Assembly (NCBI RefSeq): GCF_028368995.1
Contig: NZ_JAQNDL010000001.1
Coordinates: 1 to 64,000, forward strand
Direction: 5' to 3'
DNA: 64,000 nucleotides
Source of the DNA: Nannocystis bainbridge
GTDB lineage: Bacteria; Myxococcota_A; Polyangia; Nannocystales; Nannocystaceae
A program made the position numbers and the translations under genes. How positions within the stretch are numbered: position 1 is the stretch's first letter; each line of letters opens with the position of its first letter. Shown piece after piece: positions 58,578 to 64,000 of the stretch. The notes under the pieces were generated by a model that ran no database searches, was not told where the DNA came from, and saw only the letters and a program-made list of their open reading frames with translations.

Positions 58578-60701
58578 TCACAGGCACGGATCGCCGGCCG
58601 GCAGCAGCACCCGCAGCGAGCGCGGCGCCATCGCCACCGACACCCCCGGCGCCAGCGCGAGCGTCTCGCCCGTCTGCGCGTCCACGTACTCGCCGGCGGC
58701 GAGCGACAGCCTGTCCAGCGCGATCGTCTGCGCCTCGCCCGCCCGCGACGTCAGCACCAGCGCCCGCTCGCCGCCCGGCGTCACCCGCTCGAACGCGTAG
58801 GCGTCCTTCGTCACCGTCACCGCCCGCCGCGACCCGCGGAGCAGCGCCGGCGAGCAGCGGCGCAGCGTCCCCAGCCGGCGCGCCGTCGCCAGCAGCGCCG
58901 CCTGCGGCTCCGGCAACGCGTCCCAGGCCGGCATCACCCGCCGGTTGTCGGGGTCCTGCCCGCCCGCCAGCCCGACCTCGTCGCCGTAGTACAGCACCGG
59001 CAGCCCCGGCAGCGTCAGCACCAGCCCGAGCGCCAGCGCCTGCCGCTCGTACGCCAACGCCTCGGCCGGCTGCGGCTCCGGGCTGGCCCAAGGGTCAGGT
59101 GCCGTCCCGCCCGCCGCCTCCGACACGAACCGCGTGACGTCATGGTTGCCGATCATGCGCGCCAGCGTCCCGCCGCTGCCGGCGGTCTTGGCCTCGACCT
59201 CGACCAGCGTCGCCTCGACCGCCGCGAACCCGGCCGACTCGTGGGCGATCACGTCGCGCAGCGCCCACATCAGCGGGAAATCGAACACGCTGTCGAGCCC
59301 ATCCGGCCCGAGGTAGTAGCGGATCACCTCGATGCCCCACGCGCCCGGGCCGGTGAACACCTCGCCGACGAAGAAGCTGGCCTCGCGCGGCGCCAGCCGC
59401 TCGCGCACCTCGGCCGCGATCCGCCGCGTCGCCGCCCGCGGCATCATCGGCACCGCGTCGATCCGCAGCCCGTCGATGTCGAACGTCTCCATCCACCACA
59501 CCGCGTCCTCGTAGGCCCAGCGCAGCGCCTCGGGCCGCTCGAGCCGCAGGTCGGGCAGGTACGGGGTGAACCAGCAGGTCTGGATGTAGCGACCCCAGTC
59601 GCAGCCGCCGAGGCCGCACACGCATGGCGGATCGGACATGTTCCAAAGGTCCTGCGCCTGCGACATGCGATAGCGCGGGTTGTCCTCGTAGACATGGTTG
59701 GGCACCAGGTCGAGCAGGACCCGCAGCCCGCGCGCGTGGGCGGCCGCGATCAGCGAGCGCAGCGCCGCCTCGCCGCCGATCCGCGCCTCGACCCCGCGCG
59801 AGTCGAGCGGCCAGTAGCCGTGATAGCCCTCGTAGAATTTCCCGTCGCCGCGGCCCTCGCGGGGCTCGATCGGGTTGACGTACACCGGCGACAGCCACAG
59901 CCCCGTCGCCCCGAGCGCCTCGATCGCCGCCAGCTCCGCCTCGATCCCGTCGAGCGTCCCGCCCGCGCGCCCGCCCGGGCTCGCCGGCGGCTCCAGCGTC
60001 GCCCCGCCCGGCCCGCGAAAGCGGTCGATCATGATCTGATACAGCAGCCCCTCGGCCGGCCGCTCCGCCGCCGGCTCGACCCACCCGACCGCTCCTGCCC
60101 GCGCCTCGCGGCCGGCCTCGTCGACCGCCACCAGCGCCAGCGAATGCTTGCCGCGCGGCAGCCCGGCGCGCGCCAGCGTGATCGCCCCGCTGGCCGCGTC
60201 GATCGTCGCCGGCACCACCGTCCCGTCGCTCGCGCGGCCCTCCGCGCGCACCAGCGGCGACCCGTCGGCGCCCGCCAGCAGCCGCGCCGAGGCCGTCCAC
60301 GCGCCCTCCGGCGTCGCCGTCACCCCGTCGACCACCAGCTGCGGCTGCGCACAATCGGCGATGCGCAGCAGCGACACCTCGAGGTCGTCCTGCTCGCGCC
60401 AGAACGTCGAAAGCGGGTTGTGGTCATCGACGCGATCGACCCCGTCCTCGACGATCAGGTAGCCGTACTCGCCGGGCGGCAGCTCGAAGCGCGCCACCTG
60501 CCACGCCGGGTCCTCGGCGCTCGTGCGCAGCGGGATCCCGGGCGAAAACCACGAGTTCCACGAGCCCACGATCTCGAGCGTCGCCCCCGCGCGCTGCGGC
60601 TGGGCCCACACCGTCGCCGCGCAGTCGCGCCGCGGAGGGGCCGCGTCCTCGCACGCAGCGAGCCCTGCCGCGATCGCCGCGGCCGCGATCCGAGCGGACA
60701 T
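58578..60701 (-). CDS. GH13 alpha-amylase-family lipoprotein with N-terminal CBM48/Ig-like domains
   Basis: GLAAC lipobox; MIDRF, YHGYW, GLRIDAV, VGE, NHD, YYGDE..DPDNRR. Confidence 0.93.
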   Translation of the reverse strand: MSARIAAAAIAAGLAACEDAAPPRRDCAATVWAQPQRAGATLEIVGSWNSWFSPGIPLRTSAEDPAWQVARFELPPGEYGYLIVEDGVDRVDDHNPLSTFWREQDDLEVSLLRIADCAQPQLVVDGVTATPEGAWTASARLLAGADGSPLVRAEGRASDGTVVPATIDAASGAITLARAGLPRGKHSLALVAVDEAGREARAGAVGWVEPAAERPAEGLLYQIMIDRFRGPGGATLEPPASPGGRAGGTLDGIEAELAAIEALGATGLWLSPVYVNPIEPREGRGDGKFYEGYHGYWPLDSRGVEARIGGEAALRSLIAAAHARGLRVLLDLVPNHVYEDNPRYRMSQAQDLWNMSDPPCVCGLGGCDWGRYIQTCWFTPYLPDLRLERPEALRWAYEDAVWWMETFDIDGLRIDAVPMMPRAATRRIAAEVRERLAPREASFFVGEVFTGPGAWGIEVIRYYLGPDGLDSVFDFPLMWALRDVIAHESAGFAAVEATLVEVEAKTAGSGGTLARMIGNHDVTRFVSEAAGGTAPDPWASPEPQPAEALAYERQALALGLVLTLPGLPVLYYGDEVGLAGGQDPDNRRVMPAWDALPEPQAALLATARRLGTLRRCSPALLRGSRRAVTVTKDAYAFERVTPGGERALVLTSRAGEAQTIALDRLSLAAGEYVDAQTGETLALAPGVSVAMAPRSLRVLLPAGDPCL

Positions 60702-60812
60702 GCCTCGGCCCCGCATCGGCCCCAGCGTATCACGACGGGCCCGTCCGGCGGCCGCTCCGTGCAGCCCCGTGCGCGTCTGCCTGGAGGTGCTACGGGTCTC
60801 GCGGAGCCACTC

Positions 60813-61121
60813 ATGCAGTCACAACAGATGATCCAGGCCCTCGCGCAGATCACCTCGGACTTTCGCCGCGGCGACGTCGACGCCGCTTACGAGGGTTATC
60901 GCGACCTGTTCAGCAACCCGGCCTTCGCTCAGGGCAGCGCCGAGGATCGGCGACACGCGCTGCGCCAACTCGTCCACACCCAGGGCGCCCCGGCCCAGTT
61001 CACGCGGACCATGCGGGTCGCCCACGACGCCGCCGTCGGGCCGATCCAGGCCCTCGTCGCCGAGACCGACGACGCCGGCGATCGCGAGCTGCTCAAGACC
61101 CTGAAGCAGCGCCTCGGCTGA
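60813..61121 (+). CDS. Small helical hypothetical protein (102 aa)
   Basis: GGAG RBS before ATG 60813; GC3-biased frame MQSQQMIQAL...KQRLG. Confidence 0.7.
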   Translation: MQSQQMIQALAQITSDFRRGDVDAAYEGYRDLFSNPAFAQGSAEDRRHALRQLVHTQGAPAQFTRTMRVAHDAAVGPIQALVAETDDAGDRELLKTLKQRLG

Positions 61122-61179
61122 TCCCGCGATCCACGCTCGACAACCGTCGTCGCTTCGGAGTACGAATGCGACGACGCCC

Positions 61180-62808
61180 GTGCGCTGCGATTTTCCTCTC
61201 CTGTCCCTCGCCGTCGCGTTGCTCGGCGTCGTCGCCCCTGCGGCGGCCGCCCAGAGCCCGGCGTCGCCGCCCACCACCTCGCAGCCCACGGCCTCCACGC
61301 CGCCGGTGACCCCGGCCGAGCCCGAACCTGCCCCTGAGGACAGCTCGGCCGTGCCCGCGCCGGACGCCGTGCCGACCGCGAGCGCCGCCCCGACGCCAGC
61401 CGAGGCCCCGCCGCCGACGCCCGTGCCCGAGCCCGCGGTCAAGCCCGACAAGCCCGGCTCGCGCGGCCCGCACCCCCACGATCCGAACAGCCCGCCCGGC
61501 CTCGCCGACGGCTTCCATTTCGGCTCGTACGGCCGCGTCATCGCCGGCGGCGACTCTACCGGTCGCGCCGGCCGCAACGGCGACATCGTCGCTCGCGGCT
61601 CGCGGCTCGACGAGGCCAACTACGCCGAGCTCGAGCTGCGGCGCGAGGACTACTGGAAATCGACCGGCGCCTACACGCGGATCGTCGCCACCACCGCCTT
61701 CGCCACCCCGATCTTCCACTATAACGGCCAGTTCTCGGCCGCCCTGGCGATCCGCAACCTCTACCTCGAGGTCCGCAACGCCGGCGTCAAGGGCCTGTCC
61801 TTTTGGGCAGGTTCTCGCATGTACCGCGGCGACGACATCTACCTGCTCGACTTCTGGCCGCTCGACAACCTCAACACCATCGGCGGCGGCGTCGGTTACA
61901 CCTTCAAGACCGGCACCGAGCTCAAGTTCCACGCCGGCCTCAATCAGCCGACCGATCCTTACTATCGCCAGACCATCCTGCGCCCGCCGGCCTACAATCA
62001 ATTCGGGTCCGCCGAGGTCGCCATCCTCGATCGCCAGAAGCTGGTCAGCAGCCTCAAGCTCAGCCACGTCTGGCCGATCGGCGACAGCGGCGGCGTCAAG
62101 GGCATCCTCTACGGCGAGCTCCACTACGTGCCCGAGGGCCAGCGCGAGATCGAGAGCAAGGTCTACGAGGCTGTCCCCAAGGACAAGGGCTTCGTCGGCG
62201 GCGCCCAGGTCGGCGCCTTCACCGGCAAGCGCAGCACCTACGTCAACCTCACCGCGCGGTTCGCCTCCGGCATCGCGGCCTACGGCGAGCTCAACGCCCC
62301 CCGGCAGCTGCGGCCCGATCGCACCGCCACCGGCGCCCACGAATTGCTCGTCACCCTCAGCGGCAACTGGGAGCGCGGCCCCTTCGGCCTGCTCATGGGC
62401 TCCTATTATCGCCAGTTCCGCAACGCCAGCCGCTCGCTCGATTGGGACGACCTCAACGAGGGCATCGTCATCGTCCGCCCGCAGGTGTGGTTCGCCAAGA
62501 TCGCCGGCGTCGCGCTCGAGGCCTCGTATCAGGCCCAGCAACGCGGCGTCGCCACCGAGTCCGAGCCCAACCTCTTCAAGCCCGTGTTCGCGCAGATGGG
62601 CCGCTTCGGCGTCATCCCGTTCATCACCCCGGGCGGCCCCGGCGCGTTCCAGCGCCCGCAGATCCGCCTGATCTACCTGCTCACCGTGCGCGACGGCGCC
62701 ACGCGCTCGTTCTACCCCGCCGACGACGTGTTCGCGCGCCGCGGCGTCGACCACTTCATCGGCGTCGGCGCCGAGTGGTGGTTCGGCAGCACCAGCTACT
62801 TCCGCTGA
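61180..62808 (+). CDS. Carbohydrate porin, LamB/maltoporin family
   Basis: Signal peptide, Pro-rich linker, FGSYGR, SRLDEANYAEL, WAGSRMY..DIYLLDFW, GVGAEWW. Confidence 0.88.
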   Translation: MRCDFPLLSLAVALLGVVAPAAAAQSPASPPTTSQPTASTPPVTPAEPEPAPEDSSAVPAPDAVPTASAAPTPAEAPPPTPVPEPAVKPDKPGSRGPHPHDPNSPPGLADGFHFGSYGRVIAGGDSTGRAGRNGDIVARGSRLDEANYAELELRREDYWKSTGAYTRIVATTAFATPIFHYNGQFSAALAIRNLYLEVRNAGVKGLSFWAGSRMYRGDDIYLLDFWPLDNLNTIGGGVGYTFKTGTELKFHAGLNQPTDPYYRQTILRPPAYNQFGSAEVAILDRQKLVSSLKLSHVWPIGDSGGVKGILYGELHYVPEGQREIESKVYEAVPKDKGFVGGAQVGAFTGKRSTYVNLTARFASGIAAYGELNAPRQLRPDRTATGAHELLVTLSGNWERGPFGLLMGSYYRQFRNASRSLDWDDLNEGIVIVRPQVWFAKIAGVALEASYQAQQRGVATESEPNLFKPVFAQMGRFGVIPFITPGGPGAFQRPQIRLIYLLTVRDGATRSFYPADDVFARRGVDHFIGVGAEWWFGSTSYFR

Positions 62809-62829
62809 AGCGACCTCGGAGACCTCGCC

Positions 62830-64000
62830 ATGCACGATCGCCGACTCCTCGCATTCGCCCCCGCGCTGCTCCTCGCCGCCGGCTGCCTGCACTTCGACAC
62901 CCTCGACGAACCGGTCAAGATGGCGACCCACGCCAAGGACTGGCGCGAGGCCGTCATCTATCAGGTGCTCATCGATCGCTTCGACGACGGCGACGACGGC
63001 AACAACAACCTGCTCGACCGCGAGAACATGGCCCGCTATCACGGCGGCGACTGGATCGGGCTCGAGAACCGGCTCGACTACATCCAGGAGCTGGGCGTCA
63101 ACACCCTGTGGATCTCGCCGGTCATCAAGAACATCGAGACCGACGCCAACGTCGACGGTTATCACGGCTACTGGGCCGTCGACCTGACCCAGCCGAACGC
63201 CCACTTCGGCAACCTCGACGACCTGCGCTCGCTCGTGCGCGCCGCCCACGAGCGCGACATGTTGGTGGTGATCGACATCGTCGCCAACCACATGGGCCAG
63301 CTGTTCTTCTACGACATGAACCTGAACGGCGTGCCCGACATCCTGCTGCAGGGCACCGGCACGCGGCCGCAGGGCACCCCCGTGCCGCCGGGCTTCGACC
63401 AGTCGGGCTTCACCCACATCACCGAGTACGACCCCGACTTCAACCCGCTCGGGGTCCAGGCCTTCACCTCGCTGGGCCCGGCCGGGCCGGCGCCGGTCGT
63501 GTTCCCGTTCGACCCGAAGAGCGGCCACGTCACGCCGATGCCGGCCATCTTCCAGAACCCCGAGGTCTACAACCGCAAGGGTCGCACCTTCAATTACGAC
63601 GACCCGCAGCAGCTGCTCACCGGTGACTTCCCCGGCGGCCTCAAGGACGTGAACACCACCCGCTGCGACGTCAAGCAGGCGTTCGTCGACTCCTACGCGC
63701 GGTGGATCGAGCTGACCGACGCCGACGGCTTCCGCATCGACACCGTCAAGCACGTCGAATACGAGTTCTGGCGCTACTTCACCCAGCGCGTGCGCCAGCG
63801 GCTGGCGGCCCAGGGCAAGAACAAGTTCTTCATGTTCGGCGAGGCCTTCGACGGCCGCGACGAGCTGGTCGGCTCGTTCACCAAGAACGACCTCCCGAGC
63901 GACGAGGAGCTCGCGCGCGAGAACTCGTGCGACGACGGCCCCAAGCTCACCGGCGATCAGCTCGACAGCGCCTTCTACTTCCCGCAGCACTACCAGGTGT
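62830..64000 (+). CDS. GH13 alpha-amylase-family lipoprotein (runs off window end)
   Basis: Not in the ORF track; ATG 62830 MHDRRLLAFAPALLLAAGC; DWREAVIYQVLIDRF, YHGYW, GFRIDTVKH, FGEAF. Confidence 0.92.
   Translation, partial: MHDRRLLAFAPALLLAAGCLHFDTLDEPVKMATHAKDWREAVIYQVLIDRFDDGDDGNNNLLDRENMARYHGGDWIGLENRLDYIQELGVNTLWISPVIKNIETDANVDGYHGYWAVDLTQPNAHFGNLDDLRSLVRAAHERDMLVVIDIVANHMGQLFFYDMNLNGVPDILLQGTGTRPQGTPVPPGFDQSGFTHITEYDPDFNPLGVQAFTSLGPAGPAPVVFPFDPKSGHVTPMPAIFQNPEVYNRKGRTFNYDDPQQLLTGDFPGGLKDVNTTRCDVKQAFVDSYARWIELTDADGFRIDTVKHVEYEFWRYFTQRVRQRLAAQGKNKFFMFGEAFDGRDELVGSFTKNDLPSDEELARENSCDDGPKLTGDQLDSAFYFPQHYQV

Overview
Very GC-rich window (roughly 70-75% by eye, not computed) that looks like myxobacterial chromosome. 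It has three Ser/Thr kinases, many lipoproteins, an AgmX/PglI-type domain and an OmpA with TSP3 repeats; a Nannocystaceae/Polyangiales affinity is inference only. About 48 real CDS are supported; most long ORFs in the track are antisense or off-frame GC shadows. Ordinary content: holA, an RlmD-like methyltransferase, a beta-oxidation cluster, tRNA(CAT), a V4R/PAS histidine kinase, a pirin, OmpA, Spx/ArsC, a ferredoxin, an alkyl sulfatase, LysR, and three GH13 lipoproteins with a LamB-like porin. Best leads: (1) a pervasive 14-bp-period DNA motif (TGTCC-N4-GGACA, in tandem reading as RRRCATGYYY-N4) that forms at least 15 intergenic or gene-boundary arrays, sits in frame in protein linkers, and is written into conserved domains with rare codons; (2) a Fur-box-flanked locus joining a TonB receptor and PepSY protein to a spermidine-synthase-like enzyme and an ATP-grasp ligase (candidate metallophore system); (3) a KstR-like TetR and a P450 preceded by two exact TnnAACnnGTTnnA operators; (4) a cluster of PilZ, FliA-like sigma, SctJ/PrgK-like lipoprotein, atypical Hsp70 and HPD-less J-like protein; (5) tandem antistasin-like Cys-rich lipoproteins. 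No CRISPR, transposase or integrase was seen. All family calls come from motif recognition by eye, not database searches.
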